This document shows, in pieces, positions 13,463 through 27,215 of a DNA stretch of 64,000 bases (the stretch's first letter is position 1; the number at the start of each line of letters is the position of its first letter). The translations under genes were made by a program, and so were the position numbers. The DNA is from Chrysomallon squamiferum (lineage: Eukaryota; Animalia; Mollusca). Location: contig CM022666.1 of assembly GCA_012295275.1 (NCBI GenBank), positions 6,076,001-6,140,000 of the forward strand. The letters are read 5' to 3'. The notes under the pieces were generated by a model. The model saw only the letters and a list, made by a program, of their open reading frames with translations, was not told the DNA's origin and searched no databases.

Positions 13463-13534
13463 TCCGATGTGGTCTAGTGGTTAGGATTCCTGGCTTTCAC
13501 CCAGGTGGCCCGGGTTCAATTCCCGGCATCGGAA
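13463..13534 (+). tRNA. tRNA-Glu(TTC), fully paired
   Basis: TCCGATG/CATCGGA acceptor, CCTGG/CCAGG anticodon stem, CCGGG/CCCGG T stem. Confidence 0.96.
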
Positions 13535-14021
13535 TATATTCTTTGCATTAAATTATATTTATTTTGCTATGTAAACCCTTATTTCTACTTCTTGTTGAAC
13601 GTTGTTCGGATAAATAATAGTTTTTAATCTCTTGAAATTATTTTACAATATCAGACAACTGTCATTATTACAAATCGGCTGTTTATAACAATTTGGTTAG
13701 ATAAGTTGCTAAAGAATATTTTCCTTTTTAAATAATTGGGTTACTGTAATGTGTTGTAACAAAAAGATCGTTTAAAACTGGAGATTTAGATGATTTAATT
13801 TATGGTCTAAGCCTGTTTTTCTTTCGAATAATTAATCATGAAAAAGCTGTTCTCAATTGGGTATTACAAGTTAAGGCTAATAAAATCAGCCAGTTTTTAA
13901 AACTGTTTTCCTTGTGTTTCAAATACAGGTGTTTAATGAGTCAAAACGATAAGAGAAATTTTAAGTTGATAGGTTTGGACCAATTACCATCGACGTCTAG
14001 CTATGTCAAAGTAAAAGTATC

Positions 14022-14093
14022 TCCGATGTGGTCTAGTGGTTAGGATTCCTGGCTTTCACCCAGGTGGCCCGGGTTCAATTCCCGGCATCGGAA
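14022..14093 (+). tRNA. tRNA-Glu(TTC), fully paired
   Basis: Same as 13463; T-run terminator just downstream. Confidence 0.96.
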
Positions 14094-14556
14094 CATATTT
14101 TACTTGCATTAAATTATATTTATTTTGAATTCTAACCCTTATTTCTATGTTCTGGTTGGATATTCTTCGGATAAATAATAGTTTCTAATTTCTTGAAATT
14201 ATTTTAGAATATTAGAGAACTGTCATTATCAGAAATCGGCTGTTTGTAACAGTTAGGTTAGATAAGTTGTTTAAGAATATTTTCTTTTTAAATAATTGGT
14301 TTATTCAATAAACATATTGTAAATTGTAATATAACGAAAAGATCGTTTAAAACTAGAGAGTTAGATGATTTAATTTATTGTCTAAGACTGTTTTTCTTTC
14401 GAATAAATAGTCATTAGAAAGCTGTTCTCAATGGTGTATTACAAGGTAAGGTAGGACTAAACAATGATAGAAATAACTTTTCATTAAATTTTACATTCAG
14501 TCAACAGGTTTGGACCAATTGCCAACGACGTCTGGCTATGTCAGAGTTTAGGTATA

Positions 14557-14628
14557 TCCGATGTGGTCTAGTGGTTAGGATTCCTGGCTTTCACCCAGGT
14601 GGCCCGGGTTCAATTCCCGGCATCGGAA
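14557..14628 (+). tRNA. tRNA-Glu(TTC), fully paired
   Basis: Same as 13463; T-run terminator just downstream. Confidence 0.96.
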
Positions 14629-15099
14629 CATTTTTCTTGCATTAAATTATATTTATTTTGAATTCTAAACCCTTATTTCTGGTTGGATATTCTTCGGATA
14701 AATTATAGTTTATAATTTCTTGAAATTATTTTAGAATATTAGACAACTGTCATTATCAGAAATAGGCTTGTTTGGAACAGTTAGGTTAGATAAGTTTTTT
14801 AAGAATATTTTTCTTTTTAAATAATTGGTTTACTGTAATTTATAAAGTTCTAAAAAATAATAACTAAATGAAATGTTTAGGAAAGGGTTGACACTTTAAT
14901 AATGTCTGACAACTATTAATATTTATCTGCTAATTCCTGAAATCGTACTACAGTTACATAATCTATTTCCTTTAGAATTTAGAGGTAAAGAAATATAATT
15001 TAAAACTGAGTGCTTATCAGAATCAATTAATGCACTAGTCTGGTTTCACGGGAGTCAGCTCGTAAGAATGAGCCGAGGTTTTTTTTTTTTTTCAGTGGT

Positions 15100-16472
15100 T
15101 AATTCAAATTGTTATAAATGAAAAGGGCAATAATTGTTTTTTTAAATTGCTGGCTTCCTTTTTATCAACCCTTTTTATGCTGAAATGTTATCAGCTTGGG
15201 AATATGTTAATAATGGAGAACGTATTTTCCCACTTGATATAGACGAAATATGGTCACAGCCACTTTTATCAGAATCCATTCATTAAATGTAAAAACAAAT
15301 TATTACTATTTAGTTCTTTTATTAAAAGTGGAATAGTCAAAGTGGCTGATATTGCATATGAAGAAATATAAGGTTTTCTCCCTTTTACAGCTATTGTAGA
15401 AATTATTGATGAAAAATCTCCAGAATTATCTAAAAAACAAATTTATATATCTTACAATGTTAGTAAGAAATCACTCCCAGATGAATGGAAAAGTTCTTAT
15501 AATAGAAATGCTAAAAGATTAACACTTAATAAAGATATAATTTTGTTTCAGAAGAATGAAATGATAATTGTTAGTAAATTTACTGTTAAAATAATTTATT
15601 CTATATTAATTTAAAAAAACGTTAAATCACCTACTTGTGAAGAAAAATGGAATGATCTTGGTTTTAATATATTCTGGCGACCAGTTTGGAAATGGATACA
15701 CTATAGTGATAAATTTACTGAATTTATAGACTTAGATTTTAGAACAGTTCATCATATAATATATATACATATAGTAAATTATATAGATATTGCAAAATCT
15801 CATCTAGTATATGTCCAGTGTGTTTGAAGGATGATAAAGATTTGTGCCATTTATTTTGGTATTGTGAAGAACTGACGGAATTAATATCAGTCTTTCATGA
15901 AATATGTATTCAAATATTTAAGAAAACAGGTTTTTCTCTGGATCAATGAAAAAGATTATTAATATTGGATGTTATCTAAAAATTGAAAATTGTACAATAG
16001 AATTTATTAATTATTCTTTCAATTTATAGAATATCAGTGTTCAAGAGGCGTGTGATAGCTCAACTGAAAGGAACAAACATCAGTATAATACATTTTTTTA
16101 GAAATTATGTCTATCAGTGCTTTGAAATCATTGTAAATCAATATCGTATTCAGCACAAACTTTCAATTTTTATTAACAAATATGTTAAGAATAATATTTT
16201 TCTAGAATTAAAAAATGACATACTTATTTTCAAATATTCTTTAGCAAGCTATAAATAATAAATATCGCTATATCATAAAAATGGATAAAAGAATTTTTAT
16301 TATAACATACTGTCAATATATGTGAGTATTCTGAGTAAATAAGTATGCGTGCGTGTGAGTGTGACTGATATGTGAGAGGAAGCCTATTTTTTATTGTTGT
16401 TATTTACAGTTTTAATGTTATTTTAATTGTGTACAACTGTTGATTATATCAATAAAGATACAATTTATAAAA
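15100..16472 (+). mobile_element. Decayed Tx1/L1-clade non-LTR retrotransposon: 3' part of ORF2, 3' UTR and A-tail
   Basis: Manual translation with stops and shifts gives FYAEMLSAW, SQPL..NPFI, FIKSGIVKVADIAYE, GFLP, WRPVWKWI, and the CCHC knuckle CPVCLKDDKDLCHLFWYC (15812-15865). AATAAA at 16451 is followed by an A-rich end. The 5' boundary is approximate. Confidence 0.8.
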
Positions 16473-16523
16473 AGCATCAGACTTTTAATCTGAGGGTCTA
16501 GGGTTTGAGTCCTTAAGTCGGCT
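16473..16523 (+). pseudogene. 5'-truncated tRNA-Lys(TTT) (from about position 23)
   Basis: AGCATCAGACTTTTAATCTGAGGGTCTAGGGTTTGAGTCCTTAAGTCGGC matches the conserved animal tRNA-Lys(UUU) anticodon and T arms; a T-run follows; no 5' half found. Confidence 0.85.
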
Positions 16524-16544
16524 TAGTCGTTTTTCTTCTTGTAC

Positions 16545-16798
16545 TTATTTTCTCAATTTTGGAGAACAATTAAGAAAATAATCAAATTCTACTAAAAAAC
16601 TATACAAAGAAAATGGATTAATTAGAAATACGGAACATGTATTAGAATATTCTTATGAATTTTATTCAAAGTTACATACACAAGAAAACATAGATATTTT
16701 TTATTATCAAATAAAATAAAGGATTCTGAAAGCGAAAACTGTGAGAAAGATATTACAATTAAAGAATTAAGCGATGCCTTAAAAAATAAAATAAAAAA
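16545..16798 (+). mobile_element. Second Tx1/L1 ORF2 fragment (endonuclease-RT linker)
   Basis: Translates with shifts to YFLN..E, ENGLIRNTEHVLEYSYEFYSKLHT, ENCEKDITIKELSDALKN, the pattern just before KSPG-DG in L1/Tx1 ORF2. Confidence 0.65.
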
Positions 16799-16800
16799 GA

Positions 16801-16850
16801 GATTCCTGGCTTCCACCCAAGCGGCCCTGGATCAATTCCCGGCATCGGAA
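16801..16850 (+). pseudogene. 5'-truncated, decayed tRNA-Glu (from position 23; anticodon mutated to TCC)
   Basis: GATTCCTGGCTTCCACCCAAGCGGCCCTGGATCAATTCCCGGCATCGGAA, followed to ~17400 by a diverged copy of the macrosatellite 3' flank. Confidence 0.85.
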
Positions 16851-17414
16851 ACATAATCTGTGTTGTAAATTACATTTATTTTGAGTTCTGAACAACTGTG
16901 ATTATCAGAAATATTTAAGAATGTTTCTTCTTTTTAAACAACTGTTTATTCCGTGTAGAATGATCAAATGATTATTAAGTCAACATGTTAGAATGCCTAT
17001 ATATTTGGTATTGCCTTTTGTTATTTATCTTTTGTGTTTAGGATTTCAAATGCTCTATAGATTCAGGTTGTAGTCTTTTCCTCAGGACTGGAATATGAAT
17101 TATTATTATTATTATTCTTTTTTTTCCCCCTTCGGTTATTAAATTAAATGATCTGTGTATGTATATATTTAAATGAGTGCGGAAATGGATTACTTCTAAC
17201 AAAGGTTTTCTTCTATTCCCCGCACGATATATTGATCGGTAAATAAAACCAAATCTTTATTAAAAACGTTTTTGGACGATAGTTGGAAAAGAAAACAGTC
17301 CAAACAGACGCACAGTGAGATGTAATGATCAAATTTTAATAAAATGTTGTTATTATTAAGATAGTGTTAATGTTCTAATCTGACAAAAATAAATAATACA
17401 TTGTCAAAAACGAA

Positions 17415-17486
17415 TTCCGATGCCGGGAATTGAACCCGGGCCGCCTGGGTGAAAGCCAGGAATCCTAACCACTAGACCACATCGGA
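17415..17486 (-). tRNA. tRNA-Glu(TTC), solitary, fully paired
   Basis: The reverse complement is a complete 72-nt cloverleaf followed by TTCGTTTTT; flanks are unrelated to the array. Confidence 0.97.
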
Positions 17487-19190
17487 CTGTTAGAAATAGT
17501 GTCAATATTTTGATACTATCATCACGAAGCCATTTACAGACGACAAACGATATTGGTTCGTTGAGGCCCAAGTAAGATTTGCAGAAAACAAAAAATATAT
17601 ACACATTATTCTTCATTCTGATTGTTAAATCGCGATAATTTATTATACTTACACAATAACGCAGTTTTATAAAGTTTGAAATATGAAAGAAACACATAAA
17701 AAAGCTTCTTTCTTGTGGGTAATTTTCTTTTTGTTTCTATTTTCCATTATTCACGTGATACAATACTTCCGGTGTTAGCCACCTACATCAGTGATGAGCG
17801 TTGTTATAAAATTTACTTTTTATTTTTAATTAGGTTTAGATATAATAAATAAAATACAATAAAATAAAATAAAGATTAGTCTCCATAATTATGAGAATAG
17901 TCTGTTCTTGTCGATTTCCGTAACAATTCATAGTTCTTAACTATCAGGCAGTTTTTAAAACCAGGGGTACTAGTAGAGTAGAACGAATGTTCTAATTCTG
18001 GAAAGAAAGAAGCAACAACGAAAAAGTACCAAAAAATAAAACAAAACATTTTTCTATAAATATTATTATTCTCTTTATTTTTAATTACTATTCATTTTTT
18101 ATTTAGAATAGTAATAAAAAGATAGATGGAATTATATATATATATATATACACACACACATATACACATATGCATATGTATATGTAATGTATCTATATAC
18201 ACAACATAGGCAGACAGAAGATACAGTGTTTTAAAGAATAACTTTCTGAAGGTTTCAACTATCACTTTAATAACATTCAACTATAAGCTGTATCGACATT
18301 TTAGTCACCATTCCTTATGATATTTATATTCATGTTTGTCTGTTGATAGCAAACTATTTCAGTGTTAACTTCATTTATACATAGAAATGTGAAAAAAAAA
18401 AAAAAAAAAAAAAAAAAACATAGCTAAAAAATCAACAAAAAAACCCAACAAAAAAAAGCAGTCTGCTTCAGAATAATCTAATAGCAATAATTTATAAATA
18501 AAACTATTTTTTAAAAATTTGTTTTATACATGTAACTACATAAAGATTACTATCATGATAAAATTATCAAAATAAAAATACCAATCTCAGGAATGGATTC
18601 CCTTCTTACCATTCTTTATTAGTAGTAAAGAATGACTGCCTATCATAACTTTGTAGCACGTAAAATGTATATGTTATTGCACATCGCCATTTCATAAAAC
18701 AGTCTTAAAATGTATACAAGTTACGCGAAAACAAGACAACACTTCATTTCTTTTAGGCAGCCATGAAACTGTCACACATGGTAAGACTATTTAGTCAACT
18801 CAAAGACACTGTTTATGCAACAAAGGCTTACATTACATCATTTCTGAGTGTTTCGGATATAACTAGATAAAAACCAAGAAGAACAAAAACTCCTCTTCTC
18901 CTTTTTTTTCATTCTTTTTTCTTGGCTGAGATGAGTAACAGCTCTTCAAATATTGTTTTGTTTTTATTGTTCACACACAACCTGATTCAAGCAAAATTCA
19001 CATGCTTCTTTGGAAATCACGAAAACATCATTTTGCACCAATGTGGTTGTTTTATCAATGATTTTAATAGCGAGAATTATAAAGCTCATTAAAACTTGAA
19101 GTTAGTTTCCAAAAAGGCTTGTTACATATAGCCTTCAACAACTGTTCTTTCTGCAGCTTAACTGATTGTTCTTTTGCATTTTAAAAGGCA

Positions 19191-22100
19191 TCAGTGATCG
19201 GAAGAATGAAGATTTCTGAGAAACATTTTCAAATACTGAATCACACCACTCAAACCTTGTTGTTCCAAATAATCAAAGTAAGCCTGTTTTAGAAACTGAA
19301 AAAAGAAAAGAAATGAAAAGACTAAATAAATAAATAAATAAAAAGACATAAAAAGAAATAAGAGTTTAAATAACTCAAACAATTTTTCTTGTGTATGAAA
19401 TAGTGTAAACACGTTAATTTTAATTTTAATTTATGTAAACAAATTTTTTGGGAAAAGACAACTATGTATTGAAACAAAAAAGGTTATGTCTTTTATACAA
19501 ATTATATTTTTTATTTCTTAAAAAAACTGCCTTTACATTTCTGATAAGATACCAAAAATAATTATCTGTTACTTGTATAAAATCACCCTTTTTTTCACAG
19601 GCATATTTTAATAATTAAGAGTAAAAAAATGGGTTTAAATACACTAATGGCTTGTGACTGCTTGGTCACAGATTTAATAGACAGTACTAATTTTTTTTAG
19701 TCTAATAAGAGTTTTAATACTCACTTTTGACCGATTTATTTTGCTTGGTTGGTACCTGGAATCTGGAGGCTGACTCTAAAATAAAAAAAAATGTATTACA
19801 ATAAATAAATAAATACAATATTTTTTTTTTATAAATGTTTAGTGGGGATCTTTAGTGGTGACTCCAAAAGGATACATTAACATTATAATCTGACAGTGCA
19901 TTTTAAGAATATTTTCAGAATATTTATGAAATTGTCATTGACTAAAATCTAATAACTGCTGATTGCCTTTTAATTTATTGTGGGGAGTTTAGTTATCAAG
20001 CTAGTGCAAAAATATTAATTTAAAAAGAATCAGAAAATATCTGTCATTAATTATTATAGTTTACAAATGATACCTGCTAAGAACAAACCTTTTTCCAAAA
20101 GTTGTAAACAAAACTTGCAAATGCTTGGTGCTCATAAATACTAAGGGCCCTATCAATACGAGGAACGGTCAAATCTCTGACATTGGTCACTAATTCCTGC
20201 ATGGAAGTACCAAGTTCCAGTTTGGTACTTTGCAGCCTGCACCGAGAAAAACTGTTGCAGACGTCAATGACGATACTGTTGAACTCTGGCACTTTACTCA
20301 GACCGATGCACGCCTCACCAGATTGTTGCGAGACAGAACGTAGTGCCATGAATGACTTTTTGTAACTGGAAATATAATTTAAAAAAATTACGTATCACAT
20401 CATTTTACTGTTAATTTTTCAAATTTTTCAAATTATATTATTATTTAGTTTTTTTTTGGAATCAGTTATTTTGTCTTTGATAAACACAAATACTGTTTTG
20501 GGTAATGTGAATTTGTTTTTTTTCCTCAACCCATAATCTCATTTTCTTAAAATATTAATTCTCCAAAAGCAACGATTTAATTAAAGTATGATATATATTT
20601 TATATAGTAAAGATACCACTTTGGAATCCTCCCCAAACAAACAAAAACAAACAAACCCTCCAAAACCCCACAACTAATAAAACAATCTAAGAAAAAATAC
20701 AAAACCACTAGAAAGATTACTAATGATGTTTAAATTTATGTGACTGATTATAAAGTAAATAAACTGCAAAACAGATACATGTTTGTAACTTAATGAATAA
20801 ACAATGAACTGTCTTTTAATTGTTTATAATGATGGTGATAAAAACATTTCCGTAAAATCCGTTTATACTTGTTTATCAAACTGGTTAATGAAGTAAATAA
20901 ATTTCAAAAATAATACTTGCATAACGCATTCAAATAGAGAATTAATCATAATGTTGGTCATGATAATGACATTTTTAGAACAAAACTTTCAGCTTACCTG
21001 CACAAGATAGAGCAGAGTTTGTTGCAGCTGTAGGCTGAATTACTAAATATGATTCTGCTGATTAGGAATTTTGATGGCAGGAACAAATATGGAATCTCAA
21101 ACCTCTGATTCAATGTAGACAGCTGAAAAAGCCAAACAAATAAACAATATATATAAACAACAACAACAACAACAATAATAGTAATAATAATAGCAATAGT
21201 AATAACAATAACAGTAATAATAATAATAATAGAAATAACTAATAATAATAATAATAACATTAAAAAAAAAAAAATAACAAAACAACAATAACAATATTAA
21301 AAGTAACAACAACAAAAATAATTTTAAAATATTTAAAATTGGTGTTACTAGGTCCACTGTAGATTTCTGTTCAGATAATTAGCTGGGACTATTGTTTTTA
21401 ACAATAATAATTAAAAAAATTACTAATTCATAGAAATATTTCCCCAAGGGTACTGGATAATAAAATGTGGATCTTAAAATTTAATGATTTTTATGTCCAG
21501 CAGAAAATCATTTGTTCTCATTGTTATTCAAGAATGCTGATGAAATAATTATATGTTGAAATAAAAATTAGCAGTTCAAACATTATTACAACTCTGTATA
21601 CAAAGTATTTCATGATGTAAAAAATAATTTTTAATTTTTGCACTGTAAAATTTTTTAAATTCAATTTTTATTTACATTTAATTTCCAATGTTTAGTTAAA
21701 ATTTATTTATTATTTATTTCATTTTTGATTTTTTTTTTTTTTTTTTCTTCTAGAAAAGAAAATACATTAATCTGTGATAAGTATATTAAAAAACCCAGAA
21801 TTATACTGCAAACAATAAACAGAACTCCACAATAAGAAAATCTGTTAAAAAAAAAAAATGTTCTCCACTCCTACAACATTTGTTATCAATAAGCTACATA
21901 AATTAAATATTAATACCAGTTCAATATAACCAATGACATGGTACATGAAAAGAGTGTTGTCATTTTCTGCAATAAGTCCAACGTTAGCTATTGATATAAC
22001 AAACTGGACAAGTTCCTGCAGTGTCTCAATAGGATCAAATTTCTCTGTGGTTTCCTGAAATAATGACAGACTGAAAAAAAAAAAAATAAGAAGAATTAGT

Positions 22101-25100
22101 AATATAATAATAATAATTTATTAATAACAGCAACAAGAAATGAGAGAAATTATTTATAATCACAAAAATAAAAAAAAGTACTAAAACAAAACAATACATA
22201 TTTAAACAGCTAAATGACTGACTGCTCTTTAACACATTATCATAACTCTTTAAAAAAATGTTTTTATCACAAACTTTCTAATTCAATTTAATTAATTCCT
22301 TTAAGTTTCCAAAGCAACTTAATATTACTAAGTGGCAAAGCTGTAAAACTACCGTATATACTTGTGTACAAGGCGACCTTATGTATAAGTCAATGTGTAT
22401 TTTAAGACCAAAAATTGCGTCATTTTAGGTATTACTTGTGTATAAGTCAACTGTAGATTCCAGGCACCGTCACTATTTTTAGACCAGTGTGACAGTGCCA
22501 TGAAGGCCTACATTGTACGCCTACTGTAACATAGCTTGCACGAACATACCATAATAACGTAAATGCATGTATTACATGAGCTATGGCCTAAATGTATCAT
22601 AAATAGTATCTCTTTAATGTAATAGGTCTAACATGGAGACCTAACTTACCGTTATATTTAGCCGTTCTATGATTTACAAAATTTGTCGGTAGTGGATATT
22701 AATGACGATTGCAATATTATTTCACCAAATTCTTTACAATTAAACAAGTGAGTTTTGTTTATGAAATTAGGACCGATATTTAGTGCAATTTGGCAGAGAA
22801 GTCTGCATTCCTAGATCATTGCAAGACGCCGTAAGGCATAACGCCGTACTGACTGTTTTCTCGCTTTAAAATGTATTTTTATGTCATTAAACAGAAGAAT
22901 ATCATGTTTTACCTTCATATTTGGTTTTGTTATTTAATTTTTCAAAATTTTTTATACGATAAAATTATATTTTTGAAAAGCTGAAAGACCGCGATTATTT
23001 TAGATGCATCCCGTAGCAAAAAATAGTCAAAATGGCGACTCTTCGGCAACAGCTACAAAACCATTACCTATGTATAAGTCGACCCCCATAATATTACCTT
23101 AATATAGTCTCCCAAAAATTCGACTTATACACAAGTATATACGGTAATTCAAATTGCAGTTAAAACTGTTTTTAACCATTCAAAGTCGTGAATTCAAAAA
23201 TTAGCTTTCTGTAAGGTCATTTTGTTAAATACAAGTCTGTTATTTGGGAAAAGTTTTAATTAAGTCATTATAATGTATCTCTACTTGTTTTGCTGTTAAA
23301 TATACTCTTAATATTTTTTTAAATTAGAGAATAAAGTTAAGAAAATAAAAAGATTTGTAACTTGAAGGGTTAATTTTTTCTTAAGAATTAATAAGAATCT
23401 TTCCCTTTCTTACAATCAGTAAATTTATTATGTCTGCTGTTTCTAAATAAATTTTTTAGAACAAAGTTTAGAAGATTAAACCTCAGAATATCATTTGTTT
23501 TTCTTCTAAATAATCCTTTGACCTAAATAAATTTACTTTTTCCTCTTCTCTCAAGTTATGATCTCTAAATATAATATTAATGATGCCTCCAAATTATAAT
23601 TTTAGAATATGGTTTAGAAAATAACATGTTCAGTAGACTGGAATGTTATTATTAACCACGAATAAGATCATTTTACTTTTTTTTGCTCCTTTCAGTGAAG
23701 CAACAGTAAATGTAACAGACTTTGGATTGCCTCTAAATTTAGGATAATTATTTTGAAAACAGAAGACTCACTATGTTGAAACATTGTTTCCTGAAGACTG
23801 AGAGGAGATGCTCTCACTTTCATGTTGTGATAATGAATTTTTGTACCGAAACAGTTCCAGCGAAGCATAGTTCTCTGTCAGATCTGTTAGTGTCAAAATA
23901 ACCTGACACTGAATAAAAACAAAAGTAAAGTAATATAAGAATTAATAATAATAATAATTAAGGCTCAAAGATATAAAATATTTTGCAAAAATAAATCACA
24001 TTTTAATATCTTTGAAAGCAGATTAAATAGGAGAAATAAAATATTTTGTAAAAATGAATAACATTTTAATATTTTTGAAAAGTTCCTAAACAATAGTTTA
24101 TTTTTATGCAAAGGACCCCCAAAATTTATATTTTTAATCAATTTAAACTGGTAAAAATGATGATAGATCCTTATAAAAACAACAATAAAAAAAAAAATAC
24201 CATAATGAATGCGAGATTTAAGAATAATCGTCTTACCTTGAAATAAACAGAAGATGTGAAGAATAATTTCCGTAGAGGTTCCAGTACCATTTCTTTCAAA
24301 ACTAAAATGGAACCAAACAATAATAATATATATAGAAATAATTATTTAGAAATATTCATACATATAACCTAATTACCTTGTATTAAAAGTAAAACAGAAA
24401 ACTATTTTAACTATTTTGTGCTTATTGCCAATTCAGAAACATTTGTTATCTGATCAAGAGAAATCTCATTTCAGTCAGTACATTTGAATAGATGCATTTT
24501 TTCTATATTATTATCACACTTTATTTTTAGGTGTCAATGAACATAAAAAACTAAAAACCCAGTTAAATGGCAACACTAAATTTGTCAGTATCAACATAAG
24601 TACATTTTAAAAACAGAGCAAACTATTTTTTTTTTTTTTTTTGTTTATTATCTTTCAGACTATCATATTAATGTGCACGAACAGAAATTAGAATTTAAAA
24701 TTCTGTGGGATAATGTTATGGAGTATAGTAATGGATTTTTATACAAATATTCTTTAATGTGTGTTTGTGTCTCTCTCTTTCTTCCTCTCTGTTATGTCAA
24801 ACATATTTATTTATTATTATTATTTTTTTTTTTTTTTAATATCAGACTGACAATACTATCTAGAGGAGTAGCAAAGTTTCACTTCAGTTAATTGTAACCT
24901 ACCTGTTCCTGGCTGCATCCTTGATCTACCTATAAGCTGTAGAATGTAAGGTCTGTAGTCAGAACCATTCCACCTGTGTAGATACATGTGCAGAAAATTG
25001 TCCACAACAGGAATTCCTTCCTAAAAACAAAAAGAAATATCTCACTTTTGACGCTTTTATATTATTACTATTATTATAATTATTATTGTTTTGTTGTTGT

Positions 25101-27171
25101 TATTAATATTATTGTTGTGTTGTTATTATTACTATTATTATTATTTATTTGTTATATATATTTTACTTTACTGTATGTTACTTTATTAACTGTATAATCT
25201 GATATGAAATTAGTATTGCAGTAATTAACTGTACAAGATACAGAGAATAACTTATCAAGTTTAGAGATATCTGGTATCCAGAATAAGCTCACTGTTATAA
25301 TAAGACCACAAATTAGTAAATAATAAAAATATTTCTTTACCAACCTCTTAACTAATTTCTATTTACAAACAAAAACATAGAAATTTATAAAAGTTATCAT
25401 TTCTTTCTTTCTCTAACTTGTGCAACTGATTATAAATTATGTAACTGATCTATCTGCTATAAAAAAAAAGAGTGGGGGAAGAAACCCCACCAAATAAGGC
25501 AAAAAACCCACCTGTAAAAAATCTGTGAACAGAATCAAATGCTGTAGCAATTTTTCAGCTTCTGCATTATAACCTGAACAGTTTAATAACTCTAAAAAAA
25601 TGAAGAAAAAATAGAAAGATCAGAAACAAAAATTAAAGGAGGCAATATTTAAATGAAAGAACCATCTACATTCACTACATTAAACTTAGCTACTCAAAAA
25701 CTCCATGAAGAAATGTTTATGATCTCTCAGCATAAATATATATCAGAAAGGGTTAATATACAAATAAGTAAATATATCTGTTGACAATTTAATTCAAACA
25801 CATATCACTGTTATGAAGAAAGATAAAAATCACAAAAACATCTCTGTTATCTATCCCAGCAGTTATGAGAAACAATACTACACAATAAACAAATCAGATG
25901 GTTCCATAAAGTGGTAACAAAATTCTCCTAAATATTGAATACAAAAGCTTTCGTGCTAAACAAAAACAAAATCTACACATGTTCATAATTATGTATTTTA
26001 TTCTGAAGTCATTCAACATATTCAGTCCTTTCCATTCAGCTTAATGTGTATGAAAGAAAGGATAGGACATATCTCTAAACCAGGGTACTGGAGGATTTTT
26101 ATACCTGTCTGTCAAAGAAAGGATGGGACGTATCTCTTATCCAAGCAGGGCACTCAAGGTGTTTTGGTCTCCTCTGATTTAACAATATAACCATGTCTAC
26201 ATCTAACATTCAAAAAGGATATTAACACATGATGCATCTTGCAGAAAAACAAAATTAATGGAAATAAGCTCTTTTTAAATACCTTCAACCAGTGTGTGCT
26301 GTATCCAGTAACTGAATCTGGATGCTATGGCTTTGTCTCCAGAATAGGCAACTATGTGTTGAAGAAGAGGATCTCGTAGAGCTGCTGAAATCTGGCTTGG
26401 AATCTGAATATAAATATTAAAAATACATATCCAGGATATTCCAATAACTGATAATTGGAATCAAATATATTCAAATTAATTTAATTTTGTAATTTTGTAA
26501 TATGTATATATATATATATATTTTAAAAAATTAACTTAATTGTAACAACATATATGTTAAAACTAACTCATATATTTATATTTTAATTAACTCAATTATA
26601 TGTGTATACTGATCAAAACTTAAAGTGAAAAATCTATCCAAACTGACAATAAAATAATGGTGACTCATCCATGTCATAATGCTAAAGCATTAGCCAGTGC
26701 CAGTAAAATTCACATTTAATGCTGTTTGCATTTATTATGGATCTGCTACAAACCGTACTTCTATTCTGTCAATTTTGTCAACCATTTCCATGAATGAGCC
26801 GATATGAACAAGAGGAACTTGGGCAACATCGAAAGACAAAGAGATTTTCTCCACAGCCTGGCTTCGGTCACCCTCACCCGAACTGGACACAGACACAGGT
26901 GGGAATCACCTCACGACGTCGACGTTTTGAGGCCTGAAATAAAAAGTAGATATGTAACTAAATTCATAGATATATATATATATGTAGACATGTGTGTATG
27001 CGTGTGAGAGAGACAGAGAGCTTTTATATACACACACACATACATACACAACTTTCTGTTTACACAAAATTTAAGTTCTGTTTTGTCTAGACATTCAAGA
27101 TTTTTTTTTTAAAGTTGACAAAGTTTAAAAATTCTTCCTAAAATGTTACAGTAGTGATACAATAAAATACT

Positions 27172-27215
<44 letters not shown>

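Larger units (their letters stand above)
12392..14840 (+). repeat. Older, more diverged tRNA-Glu sub-array with alternating ~0.56 and ~0.52-kb spacers (dimeric higher-order repeat)
   Basis: tRNA spacings are 556, 515, 559 and 535 bp. Spacer 1 resembles spacer 3 and spacer 2 resembles spacer 4. Confidence 0.9.

Noticed and set aside
15036-15092. Small hairpin followed by a long T-run, resembling a terminator or small RNA
   Set aside because: No A/B box or recognisable RNA family; too short to support a call.
16801-16850. Possible anticodon-switched tRNA-Gly(TCC)
   Set aside because: The 5' third is missing and the T-loop and stems are mutated; it is a decayed Glu fragment.
20077-20349. Stand-alone 90-aa ORF ending in TAG
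   Set aside because: It is CENPI exon 16; an AAG|GTTTGT donor at 20089 precedes the stop.
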